Assembly (NCBI RefSeq): GCF_000169175.1
Contig: NZ_AAWS01000006.1
Location: 71,192 to 135,191, forward strand
Direction of reading: 5' to 3'
DNA length: 64,000 nt
From: Microscilla marina ATCC 23134
Lineage (GTDB): Bacteria > Bacteroidota > Bacteroidia > Cytophagales > Microscillaceae
Part shown: positions 10,941 through 21,600 of the stretch, piece by piece
Position numbering within the stretch: position 1 is the stretch's first letter
Layout: each line of letters begins with the position of its first letter
Position numbers and translations under genes: made by a program
The notes under the pieces: generated by a model
Database searches by the model: none
Seen by the model: the letters and a program-made list of their open reading frames with translations, nothing else
What the model was told of the DNA's origin: nothing

Positions 10941-13070
10941 ATGGCTATCATTAATTCAATTAGAAGGCGATCTGGGTTGGCTGTGCTAGTGATTGCACTG
11001 GCGATTGCAGCTTTTATTCTTACAGATTTATTTGGTAAAATGTTGCAGGGCGGTGGTCCTGAAAGTATGACTGTGGGGCACATTCAGGGTGAACGTGTTT
11101 CATACCAGGGCTTTAACAACCGTGTAAGTTTTGTAGAAGCTCAGTACCAGAGACAGGGATACCCTATTAATGATCAAACACGAAATAGTATTCGTGAGCA
11201 GGTGTGGGGCGATTTTATATTTGAAAAAGCTTACCAACCACAATTTGAAGAACTAGGCATAACTGTAACTCCACAAGAGATTAAAGAAATATTGCAGGGT
11301 GACTCATTAATGCGTGACTCTCAGTCTCAAGTAATTCAACAACTTACTCGTACTTTTAAAGACTCTACGGGTAAATACAGCCCTCAAATGGCTGGAAGTT
11401 ACTGGACTAACATACCTGCTCCTCAGAGAAATCAACTGAGAGAAGGAATTCGTAAAGATCGCCTGCAAAAAAAATACACTAGTTTACTACAGTTCTCTAC
11501 CTATATTACCAAGGCAGAAGCCAAACGTGACTACACTAACAAAAACACTAAAGGAGACTTTAAGTTTTTGTATGTACCCTATAGTAGTGTAGCTGACTCA
11601 ACTGTAAAAGTAACTGACGCTGAACTGGAAGCTTATATGAGAGATCACGCTGACGAATACAAGTCACAAGAAACACGTTCTCTTGAGTATTATGCACTTT
11701 CAATAGACCCTTCACCAGAAGACAGCACCAAGTTTGCCAACTTGATTCGTCAGACAGCTAAAGACTTCGCAAAGGCTGAAAACGATTCTGCTTTTGCTGT
11801 CATCAATTCTGATGACCCTCCTAACATGAATTTCCAAGACCCAACTAAACTCCCTAAAGAAATATGGGAAACTGTACCTACGCTTACCAAGGGCGCAGTA
11901 GTAGGTCCATTGAATAATAAAAACACTTACACTATCTACAAAATCAGCGATACTAAGGCTGACACAGCAAACTATTACGCCAATGTTTCTAACCTTTTGA
12001 TTAAGGCTGACTCTACAATGAAACAAAGTGAGCAGGATAGCGCACGTAGAAAAGCGGAAGGTATTCTTAAAAAATTACTGGATAATCCTGGTGATTTTGA
12101 AAATCAAGCAAATACCTACAATACAGATGGTACTAAAGGCAAAGGAGGCGCTTTGGGTTGGTCAAACTTAAAGACTTTCGTAAAGCCATTTAGTGAGGCT
12201 ATCAAAGGCACTGACAAAATAGGTGTTATTCCAAAAGTAGTAAAATCAGCGTACGGGTATCACATCATTAAAGTGGTACACCCTAGTACTAATAAGCTGT
12301 ACAAAGTAGCCACTATCAAGAAAACGTTATTACCAGGCAAAAGCACGATTGATGAGGCTTTCAAAACTACTGATAAGCTGGTAAATAACAGTAAAACATT
12401 GGAGGAGTTGAGAGCCAATGCAGCGAAAAATCCTAAATTGATCAAAAATACCGCACCTAAGCTACAACCTTCAGCTACTAACCTGGGAAGCTATCAAGGG
12501 GCTCGTGAAATTATCAGATGGGCGTTCAAAGATGAGACAAAAGTAGGGGAGATATTCAAACCTGTTGAATTGTCTGATCAAAATGTATACATCATAGCTG
12601 CTTTGACTGGGGCTACAGAAAAAGATGAGTTGAGTGTTGAAGCAAATCGTGAGGCTTTGACCAACAAGGTTCGCCAAGAAAAGAAAAAGGCACAAATTTT
12701 AGAAAAACTAAAAGCAGCCAAAGGTGCTAACCTCGAATCTATTGCTAAATCGTACGGCTCGTTGGCTCAGGTAAAAACAATGAACAACGCAAGTTATGAC
12801 AATAGCTCTATCCAGGGAGCGGGTTTTAACCCTCTGGCAGTTGGATATGCCTTTGGTACTACTAAAGGGGCGGTGTCTAAGCCGGTTGGTGACCAAACTG
12901 GCGTATTTATGTTTGAAGTAACCAAGGTTACCCCTGCTGGTGAAATCAAAGATTACTCTAAACAACAAAAAGAATTACTTACTCGTGCGCAAAGCCTTGC
13001 TCGTTTTTATATAGACCAGGCAGTGAGAGAGTTATCAGATATTGAAGATCAACGTTATAAGTTTTATTAA
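10941..13070 (+). CDS. periplasmic chaperone / peptidyl-prolyl isomerase, PpiD/SurA-like with parvulin domain
   Basis: 709 aa; N-terminal TM anchor GLAVLVIALAIAAFILTDLF; parvulin signature ...KSAYGYHIIKVV... Confidence 0.7.
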   Translation: MAIINSIRRRSGLAVLVIALAIAAFILTDLFGKMLQGGGPESMTVGHIQGERVSYQGFNNRVSFVEAQYQRQGYPINDQTRNSIREQVWGDFIFEKAYQPQFEELGITVTPQEIKEILQGDSLMRDSQSQVIQQLTRTFKDSTGKYSPQMAGSYWTNIPAPQRNQLREGIRKDRLQKKYTSLLQFSTYITKAEAKRDYTNKNTKGDFKFLYVPYSSVADSTVKVTDAELEAYMRDHADEYKSQETRSLEYYALSIDPSPEDSTKFANLIRQTAKDFAKAENDSAFAVINSDDPPNMNFQDPTKLPKEIWETVPTLTKGAVVGPLNNKNTYTIYKISDTKADTANYYANVSNLLIKADSTMKQSEQDSARRKAEGILKKLLDNPGDFENQANTYNTDGTKGKGGALGWSNLKTFVKPFSEAIKGTDKIGVIPKVVKSAYGYHIIKVVHPSTNKLYKVATIKKTLLPGKSTIDEAFKTTDKLVNNSKTLEELRANAAKNPKLIKNTAPKLQPSATNLGSYQGAREIIRWAFKDETKVGEIFKPVELSDQNVYIIAALTGATEKDELSVEANREALTNKVRQEKKKAQILEKLKAAKGANLESIAKSYGSLAQVKTMNNASYDNSSIQGAGFNPLAVGYAFGTTKGAVSKPVGDQTGVFMFEVTKVTPAGEIKDYSKQQKELLTRAQSLARFYIDQAVRELSDIEDQRYKFY

Positions 13071-13376
13071 TAGTCTGTAATCAAACAGCTAGGCAAAACT
13101 CATAAAAATCTTCCTACTAGAATGCCATCTGACAATATGTTGGGTGGCATTTTTTGTTAACAACAACCCCACTAAAGGCTATAAGCTTTTTGATTCAATG
13201 GTTTTCTCAAACTTACTCTGTACTTTTGCAGTTCCTGGGAACCTTTTTTTATATAGAAGTATTCTAAATAAAGTTTGTTTTATCAAGAAAATCAATCAAT
13301 ATCTAAAAACAAAAGCCCCTACAGTTGCTTATATAGCTACTGCTTTAAAACAGAGGCACTTAAAAATCAGAATATT

Positions 13377-14621
13377 ATGAACACAAATACAGAAACCAAT
13401 GCTGTCTTTGATATAAATAAAATCAGAGAAGATTTTCCCTTACTTACTCAAATAGTTAATGGAAAACCTTTGGTATACCTCGATAATGCGGCTACCACGC
13501 AAAAACCCAAGGTAGTGTTAGATGCATTGAATAATTACTACCTCACTACCAATGCCAACATTCACCGGGGGGCTCATTACCTTGCCTCTAAGGGTACACA
13601 AGAGTATGAGGCTACCCGCGAAACTGTCCGCCAGTTTCTAAACGCAGCTTCTACAGAAGAAGTGGTATTTGTAAGAGGTGTAACTGAAGCAATTAACTTG
13701 GTGGCGTCTACTTTTGGCAGGCAACAACTTCAGGCAGGCGATGAGGTGATTATTTCTACGATGGAGCATCACTCCAATATTGTTCCCTGGCAGCTATTAT
13801 GCGAAGAAAAAGGGGCTCACTTGAAAATAATTCCTATTACAGATGAGGGCGAGCTTATAATTGATGAGTACGAGAAACTGCTCAATGAAAAAACCAAAAT
13901 TGTATCTATTGTGCATGCTTCTAACTCGTTGGGAACCGTAAACCCTGTGAAGGAAATGATTGCCATGGCGCATAAAGTGGGTGCCAAAGTATTGGTAGAT
14001 GGTGCTCAGGCATCGGTACATTTAAACATTGACGTACAAGATTTGAATGCAGACTTTTATGCATTTTCTGGGCATAAAGTATACGCTCCTACTGGAATAG
14101 GTGCCTTATATGGCAAAAAAGAGTTGCTTGAAGCAATGCCTCCTTATCACGGTGGTGGTGAAATGATCAAAGATGTTACCTTTGAAAAAACCACTTTCAA
14201 TGATTTGCCTCATAAGTTTGAAGCAGGCACTCCTAACATTGCTGATGGCATTGCCTTTAAACAGGCACTTGACTACATAGCTACGATTGGCAAAGCAAAA
14301 ATAGCCCAATACGAAGAGGACTTACTACAATATGCCTCTGCACAATTGCAGGAAATAGAAGGGTTAAAAATCATAGGTACTGCCGCTAACAAAGTGAGTG
14401 TAATATCATTTATAGTAGAGGGGGTACACCACAATGATATTGGTATTTTGCTCGATACCGAGGGCATTGCCATACGTACTGGACACCACTGTACACAACC
14501 TTTGATGAACCGTTTCAATATTTTGGGCACTTCACGGGTATCCTTTGCGATGTATAATACCAAACATGAAGTAGATACCTTAATTAAAGGATTGCACAAA
14601 GCACTAAAAATGCTTCGCTAA
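13377..14621 (+). CDS. sufS: cysteine desulfurase, SufS-type (class V aminotransferase)
   Basis: ORF 13275-14621; start moved to MNTNTETNAVFDINKIREDFPLL; motifs HHSNIVPWQ, PLP-lysine FSGHKVYAPTGIGALYGK, C-terminal RTGHHC. Confidence 0.8.
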   Translation: MNTNTETNAVFDINKIREDFPLLTQIVNGKPLVYLDNAATTQKPKVVLDALNNYYLTTNANIHRGAHYLASKGTQEYEATRETVRQFLNAASTEEVVFVRGVTEAINLVASTFGRQQLQAGDEVIISTMEHHSNIVPWQLLCEEKGAHLKIIPITDEGELIIDEYEKLLNEKTKIVSIVHASNSLGTVNPVKEMIAMAHKVGAKVLVDGAQASVHLNIDVQDLNADFYAFSGHKVYAPTGIGALYGKKELLEAMPPYHGGGEMIKDVTFEKTTFNDLPHKFEAGTPNIADGIAFKQALDYIATIGKAKIAQYEEDLLQYASAQLQEIEGLKIIGTAANKVSVISFIVEGVHHNDIGILLDTEGIAIRTGHHCTQPLMNRFNILGTSRVSFAMYNTKHEVDTLIKGLHKALKMLR

Positions 14622-14696
14622 ACAAAGGTTGGGTAATTTTAATGGGTTTATTGAAACAATAAGAGCACTCTAATTCTTTTAATGATATGTTAAAAA

Positions 14697-14776
14697 ACTG
14701 ACACATATTCTAATTGTAACAACAAAAGTGACAATTATAGCGTAATGACAAGAGAAATATATGTTCAAGTTGTCAT
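14697..14776. promoter_or_regulatory. cluster of TGACA half-sites incl. 7-bp inverted repeat ATGACAA-N18-TTGTCAT upstream of trxA
   Basis: ctgacacatat (14697), gtgacaatt (14728), aatgacaag (14744-52), gttgtcatat (14769-78, reverse) in the AT-rich trxA leader. Confidence 0.25.
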
Positions 14777-14875
14777 ATAAATCACTGAAATGAACCATTT
14801 GTACACTATTTGTGTATTTGTGGTAAATAATTAAATAAGCTAAACAATTTTCATTATCATAAATTTTATATAGTC

Positions 14876-15196
14876 ATGGCAAATACACTTGCAATCACCG
14901 ACGCAAACTTCGATGAAGTTATAAACTCTGATAAACCAGTATTAGTTGATTTCTGGGCTGAGTGGTGTGGCCCTTGTAAAATGTTAAGTCCTATTGTAGA
15001 AGAATTGGCTGGCGAATACGACGGTAAAGCCATCATTGCATCTGTAGATGTGGACAGCAACCCTAATGTTTCGGCTAAATTTGGTATCCGCAGTATTCCC
15101 ACTTTATTGTTTTTCAAAAACGGCGAAATTGTAGACAAGCAGGTAGGTTATGTACCTAAAGCTGCTCTGGCACAAAAACTTGATGGCGTATTGTAA
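14876..15196 (+). CDS. trxA: thioredoxin
   Basis: 106 aa, active site WAEWCGPCK. Confidence 0.9.
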   Translation: MANTLAITDANFDEVINSDKPVLVDFWAEWCGPCKMLSPIVEELAGEYDGKAIIASVDVDSNPNVSAKFGIRSIPTLLFFKNGEIVDKQVGYVPKAALAQKLDGVL

Positions 15197-15229
15197 ACAA
15201 ACAAGGTCTCATTATACATTTATTTAAAA

Positions 15230-15263
15230 CGGATGTTGCCTCTGGGCAGCACCCGTTTTTTTT
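15230..15263 (+). terminator. rho-independent terminator after trxA
   Basis: cggatgttgcc-tctg-ggcagcacccg stem-loop followed by T8. Confidence 0.6.
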
Positions 15264-15596
15264 ACTTTTACGCTGTCTTTTTGGCAGCATCCGTGATATA
15301 CCATACACGAAGCATACAAACAACAATGTAGACCCCATATTTATGTCGTTTTACAAGCTATCAAACCATATTATATAACCATTCCAATAAGCAATTTTCG
15401 CTTACTACCACCACTCAAAGCATTATCGTCGTTGTAGTCCTAACCCCTTACTGACTTTATTAGTCACACAAAGGGAGTTCATCTACTCATATAGCTGAGC
15501 ATATCTTCTGCTCAAAAAAATCATATAGCACGGTTACCACTACCATATCTCATATTTATTCTTAATTTTACATTATGTAATCATAATTATAACGAT

Positions 15597-17027
15597 ATGC
15601 GATTGACATTTTGGGGTGCAGCTCGTCAGGTAACCGGGAGTATGCATTTGCTTGAACTGGATAATGATTTTAAGGTGTTGATAGACTGTGGGCATGATCT
15701 GGAGCGGGAACGCAAACCTCTCACTGATGAGAATGGGTTATATCAGGGTATATTCCCTTTTGAGCCTTCCCAAATCAACGCAGTAGTACTTACTCACGCT
15801 CATATAGACCATTCGGGTTTTTTGCCTAACTTGGTGCGTGAAGGTTTCGAGGGGGTTATTTATTGCACAGACGCTACTTATGACCTGACCAATCTATTGC
15901 TACATGATGCGGCTTCGTTGAACCAACGAAAATTAAAAAAAATTGCTAAAAGTAAAAAGTTTAATCCCGTTCATAAAGAGCAAAAATACGCCAAACGGGA
16001 GCTTTTTTTGGCACCTCATGTACATGAGGCATTAGGACACTTTCGTACTTTGTTGTTTCGACAGCGCAAAAAAATAGGCGATGGCATTTATATAACACTT
16101 ATACCCACCGGACATTTGCTGGGGGCAGCCAATGCCTTGATAGAAGTAGAAGAAAATGACCAAACAAAAAAATTATGCTTTTCAGGTGATTTAGGGCGTT
16201 ACAATTATCCCCTCTTGAGCGACCCTGAACCTACACCAGAGGTAGATTACTTGATATGTGAGTCTACGTATGGCAATCGCTACCATCAATCGGAGGGCAG
16301 CCCTGAAGAGATTGTACTGGATGTAATCAAAAGAGCCTGTGTGGATAAGCCGGGGCGTTTATTGATTCCAGCGTTTAGTGTTGGACGTACTCAGGCGTTA
16401 CTCTTTACCCTCAACAAACTTTGTTCAGAGGGCAAGTTGCCTCCTATTAAGATATACACAGATAGTCCACTGGCAAAAGCCAGCACTCAAGTATACCAAA
16501 AACACTTAAGTTTGCTTAATAAGGAAGCACAGGAGTTTCACAAATCTAATCAAAGCCTTTTTGATTTTGAAAACTTGATTTATCTCGAAACCTCCAAACA
16601 GAGTAAAGCAATCTCTAACTATAACCACCCCTATATGGTGGTATCTTCTTCAGGAATGATTCAGGGGGGACGCATAGAATATCATATCAAACAAAATATT
16701 CAGAACTCACTGGCTACAGTACTATTGATTGGTTATTCAGCAGAGGGTACACTGGGGAACGACTTGCTCAATGGACGTAAATACATTGTGGCTGATCGTC
16801 ACGAACTTGCAGTAAATGCTACCATTGAGCGTACCGATATTTTTAGCGGACACGGTGATTTGAATGATTTGATTAAGTTTGTAAAGTGGCAATCACCCGA
16901 AAAACTAAAGAAACTATTTTTAGTGCATGGTGAATCCTCATCTATGGACGACTTTAAAGAAACCTTGGGCAAAGAGGGATACTCACAAGTAGAGATTCCT
17001 GAAAAAGGGCAAAGTTTTGAACTGTAA
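15597..17027 (+). CDS. MBL-fold metallo-hydrolase with beta-CASP/RNA-specificity domain (RNase J/CPSF-like)
   Basis: 476 aa; HAHIDHSGFLP metallo-beta-lactamase motif, downstream beta-CASP-like region. Confidence 0.75.
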   Translation: MRLTFWGAARQVTGSMHLLELDNDFKVLIDCGHDLERERKPLTDENGLYQGIFPFEPSQINAVVLTHAHIDHSGFLPNLVREGFEGVIYCTDATYDLTNLLLHDAASLNQRKLKKIAKSKKFNPVHKEQKYAKRELFLAPHVHEALGHFRTLLFRQRKKIGDGIYITLIPTGHLLGAANALIEVEENDQTKKLCFSGDLGRYNYPLLSDPEPTPEVDYLICESTYGNRYHQSEGSPEEIVLDVIKRACVDKPGRLLIPAFSVGRTQALLFTLNKLCSEGKLPPIKIYTDSPLAKASTQVYQKHLSLLNKEAQEFHKSNQSLFDFENLIYLETSKQSKAISNYNHPYMVVSSSGMIQGGRIEYHIKQNIQNSLATVLLIGYSAEGTLGNDLLNGRKYIVADRHELAVNATIERTDIFSGHGDLNDLIKFVKWQSPEKLKKLFLVHGESSSMDDFKETLGKEGYSQVEIPEKGQSFEL

Positions 17028-17030
17028 AAC

Positions 17031-18536
17031 TTAAAAGTCGGAAAACAAGTCTTTCATCTTGACCAAAATTTGTTTGGATAAAGAAGAAGTCTCTGAAGCT
17101 CGTAATTCTTTAGAGGCTTTTTCAAATATGCTGGAATTGCGTAACTCTCTTTCAGCAATAATTAAACTAATGGTTTCCAGTACCTCACCTTTTTGGTGCA
17201 ATACTGGTAACAGGTCATCACGGGTAATTTCATATAAAATAGCGTTGGTAGCCGCTTTAGCAGTTGCCGACCTACTAGCACCAGTGAGCAATGACTTTTC
17301 ACCCAGAAATTGTCCTGGTTTTACTAGTCCTACCCTCAACTCATCGCCGTCGCCAAATACATCTACAAACACCTCTAGTAACCCTTCTAACACCACAAAC
17401 ATAGAATCACCTTCATCGCCTGTTCTAATGACTACTTCGCCCTTGGTAAACTCTATGCGTTTGATGCTTGTGCCCAAAACTGCCAGCTCTGACTCACCCA
17501 AGGGTTTGAATAGTTCTACTTTTCGTAATAAGGGGATACAGTCATCGCCTGTGGCAGAGTCTAAGTGGCGGGTCGGCATTTTTTCATGATAAATATCTTG
17601 CTTGGGGTAAGCAATAGAAATACCCGCATGGCGCAGCTGTTCCAATACACTGGCAAGTACCCTACTACGTGCTACAGGAGGCGATACTCCTTTCCAGGAG
17701 TTGATCCAATAATGTATTTCGTACTCTACCCCTATTTCATTGATGTTTTTGACCAACACTTTAGGCTCAGGATTTTCATAAAATCCGTGCTGACTGGACA
17801 CCGATTTAGCTGCCGACTGCAACACTCGTAAAGCTCGCTCTGTTTCTATAGAAAAATCCAAACTGATGAGTACCTCAAAACGGCTTTTATTATCAGGGTA
17901 AGCATAGTTTACAATGGGTTTTACACCAATATTGCTATTAGGTACCCTCACAATATTATTTTGCGGGGTACGTATGCTCGTTGTTCGCCAATTAATCTCT
18001 TCTACACAGCCCTCTAAACCACCTTCGAGCACGATCCATTCGCCTATTTTATAGGTTTGTTCTATGTTGATGGCCAATCCAGTAAAAATATCGGCAATCA
18101 TAGAACGTAAGGCAAAACCTAACACAATCCCTATCACCCCTGATGTTGCCCAAATGCCTGCCACTGATTGATCATACACAAAAGCCATAATGCCTGTAAC
18201 AGCTACCCCCAATACAATGACTGCAACCATATTGTGCAAAAAAGTAGGCACGCGCCCTTCTATGCGACGCGACATCCAGGTATCGAGCACGATTACAGTT
18301 AAAAAACGGGAAAAAAGAAAAGCTGTTGACAGCCATAAACCAGTCAAGAGGATATCATCGGCTATCTCAAGCCATAATTTTGCTTTGGGTAAACCAGCGT
18401 AATGAATGATTTCATTGCGAATAAGCCAGCTTATGACAAAAGAGGCAGTGAGCAATACAGGCAAGACAAACTGGTGTAATTTGCTTGTTTTCAAGGTTTT
18501 GTTCAGTTTAGTTCGTATTAAACGTTGAGTGTACAA
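17031..18536 (-). CDS. mechanosensitive channel (MscS family) fused to C-terminal cyclic-nucleotide-binding domain
   Basis: 501 aa; N-terminal TM helices, MscS beta-domain, C-terminal cNMP-binding-like segment (GEVVIRTGDEGDSMFVVLEGLLEV...). Confidence 0.7.
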   Translation of the reverse strand: MYTQRLIRTKLNKTLKTSKLHQFVLPVLLTASFVISWLIRNEIIHYAGLPKAKLWLEIADDILLTGLWLSTAFLFSRFLTVIVLDTWMSRRIEGRVPTFLHNMVAVIVLGVAVTGIMAFVYDQSVAGIWATSGVIGIVLGFALRSMIADIFTGLAINIEQTYKIGEWIVLEGGLEGCVEEINWRTTSIRTPQNNIVRVPNSNIGVKPIVNYAYPDNKSRFEVLISLDFSIETERALRVLQSAAKSVSSQHGFYENPEPKVLVKNINEIGVEYEIHYWINSWKGVSPPVARSRVLASVLEQLRHAGISIAYPKQDIYHEKMPTRHLDSATGDDCIPLLRKVELFKPLGESELAVLGTSIKRIEFTKGEVVIRTGDEGDSMFVVLEGLLEVFVDVFGDGDELRVGLVKPGQFLGEKSLLTGASRSATAKAATNAILYEITRDDLLPVLHQKGEVLETISLIIAERELRNSSIFEKASKELRASETSSLSKQILVKMKDLFSDF

Positions 18537-18587
18537 TAACTAAGCGATCATTTGGTTGAATAAGTTAATATTTTAAAATAAAAGTAA

Positions 18588-18620
18588 AAAAGCCTCCCTA
18601 ACAATCAGGAGGCTTATATC
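18588..18620 (-). terminator. rho-independent terminator downstream of AsmA-family gene
   Basis: reverse strand: aagcctcc-tgattgttag-ggaggctt followed by T6. Confidence 0.55.
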
Positions 18621-18638
18621 AATGATTCAGTGAGGTGG

Positions 18639-21600
18639 CTATTTCTTTTTATTTATGTTGTCCACCTTTTGATTGGCTTCTTCCAGTACTTTTTTACGCC
18701 TTGTCTCTGCCGCTTCTATAATCTTGTTGGAGAGTTGTAGTTGTTTCTGAAATTCGTGCTCGGCTCTTGAGTAGGCTTTTTGTTTAATTTTGGTTCCTGC
18801 TTTTTCAGCCACTTTTTTAGCTGCAGCTTTTAGCAATGGGTTTTGTACCTCGTTGAGCTTAGCTGCAACAAATTTGTTGTACTCAGCATCTGCTTGCTTT
18901 TTGGCTTCGTCCAGTTTTTTGCGGGCTTCGGCTTTGGCAGCATCTACTTTTTGGCGAGCTTCAGCCATAATTGCATCTGCTCGTTTTTGGGCATCAGCCA
19001 AAACCTCTTTAGCCTTGTCTTTTCCTTCTTCTATTTTGTCATCTACCACTTTTTTTACCTGGTCTTGCACACTACTACCTATCACCTTGATTTTAGGATC
19101 ATTGACAGGTCCTGTAATTCCTAGTTTTACATTTACCCGGTCTGACTTATCAAAATTTACTCCGGCAAGACGGCTAATTGCTGTGGTGGCACTTTGCCCT
19201 ATTTTACCCTTAGGGGCATCTATGTCTACTTTAAAGTTTAAGGTACCATCTACATCATTGCTTCCACGTACATTCAGGTTATAATTGCCTACTTTCAGGT
19301 CAAAGGGTTGGTAAGTCATTTTACCATTTTTAATCTCCGTTTGAATATTCACACCTGCAATATTCAACTCTTTTAGTTCCTGAATACCGGTCACCATGCT
19401 TAAGTTTTTTAGCATTCCAGAACCTTTTACTTGGGTTTGGGTAAGTTTGATAGACCCAAAACCATTGAGGGAGTTATCAAGCAATGGGGTCATGTATTGC
19501 GATAAGCCTCCACTTACTTTCAGGTTGGTAGATAAAAACCCAGTAATGTTTTGTGCCATTGGTATCAGTTTTTTTACTACCGAAAAACTCGAATGAGCTT
19601 TACCAATTGACAAACGGTTAATGTTCATTTTAAAATCATACTTTGGGTGGGTCACATCATACGTGTCATAAGCACCACTCATAGTAAAACCACCTTCCAG
19701 CATATTAAACTTTAGGCCATTGAGCAACACTCTTCCATCCTTTACTATTATTTTACCTTTGATATTCTTAATCTCAAGGTCTTCATACTCTACTTCATCT
19801 ATTTGAGAGTTAAGTACAAAGTCAATATTCTTGGGCACCGTCACCAAGGTTACTTCATCGCTTACTGTAGTAGAACTTCCCTCAGAAGTAGTGGTGGTGG
19901 TAGTTACAGTAGTACTACCTGCCTTTCCAGTTTCCCCTTCAGTACTATCCATCCATTCGTCTACCACAAACCTGCGAGACTTGAACACTACATTTCCTTT
20001 GATTGTGTGCCCTTTAAAAACATAAGGAATATAGTTGGAAATGGTACCAGTCGCATGAATATCACTCTTACCCGCAAACCCGTGAAACTTTTCAAGGGTA
20101 ATCGTTTTTGGGGTAAACTTGGTAATAGCTTCTGTAATTTTAAAGCCTTGTGGCAAATCTTCTTTACTTACAAATGAAAACTTACTAATGTCTATCTCTC
20201 CACTAGTAGGCAACTTATCATACTGTTCTTTGTCTATGTAAGACATTTTGCCTGCCGTAGTAATATCTGCCCTGATGATTCCTGCAAGGCTCATTCCCTC
20301 TAAAGGGTAAATATGTGTTACCTTGGCTAAATCAATGACTCCTTTCATTTGGGCATCATACGTAATGTCGGCAAAGTTTACCACATTTGCCTTTACCGAA
20401 AAAGGTTTGTTGTCCAAGGTCCAGCTTAGGTCTTTCACGTGTACTTCAGAGTCTTTATAGTCGCCCGTAGTATTGGTTACCGATGCATCCAGGGTAAGTT
20501 TATCCAGTGCTTCCGGAAACTCCTTAGACTTAGCATACCCATTGGTTAAGGTCAGCTTGGCGGCAAGGTTGGGCATACTAGAGGCATTGTATACCCCTTT
20601 GGCGGTAGCATTTAAACCAAATAAACCCCTCACAATAATGTCAGGCATAGGAAACATCTTGCTCAAATCTGCCAGGTTGAGTTTTGCCACTACATTGGCA
20701 TCTATTTTAAAATTAGATAACCCCTCTACCCTGGCTTTGGCATCTATTGGGTTTCTGCCCAGGTCGAGGTGAAGCTTTTTAAGGTCTACTACTGTTTTTT
20801 CCAAGTCACTGGTTTTGTTACCGACAGACACATCTATATTGATATTGTTGACTGACGTAGGTAGGTCAGGGTATTGGAAAAGAGCATCAGAAACCTTAAA
20901 GTTAAGCCCAAAGGCAGGGTATTTTTTTTCGTTATAAGTTCCTTTTACAAAACCATCAAAGGCAAACTTACCTTCGGTTTTCATTTTCTGAAACTCTTCC
21001 ATCTCGGTATATACACCAGGCACCAACGATAAAATGTTTTTAAACTCGTTTTCTTTGGCAGCGTATTTAATATCCATATTGATATCATTGCCTACCATTT
21101 GGACAAAGCCATCGAACTTAAACACAAACTCATTGATTTTGATAGCATTTTGTTTGAATGTAAACTTATTCTTCTCCATATCCATATTCAGCGTCAGGTC
21201 AACATCTATGGACTTGTTCTCTACATAGCGTACATTTTCGTAGCCAAAATCAATTTTATCTACAGTAGTTTTAGTTTTGAGATCAAACACCGCTTGGGTA
21301 AAGTTGCCACTTCCTTTGTGGGTAAGTTTGGTAATGCTGGCATACATAGGGGTAGCAGCGTCGGCATACACAATGTCAGCATTTTTAATCTTCCAGCGTT
21401 TGATACCAACATTAAAGTTAGTTTGCGTAGTATCACTCTTGTCCTTTTCAGGTTTTTTCTCGTCTTTCTGGGTTGTGTCAGCCTTCATAATGTCCCAGTT
21501 GGCAGTACCATCTTTCAGTACTTTGGCATATATCTTAGGCGAATCAAGGTAGATTCCTCTCACCTGGATTTTGTCACTAAACAGCACACTCCATACGTCT

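Noticed and set aside
17059-18402. Plus-strand ORFs (176, 88, 70 aa) within the MscS-cNMP gene
   Set aside because: Antisense to a well-supported 501-aa gene; Ser/Thr/Pro-rich low-complexity translations.
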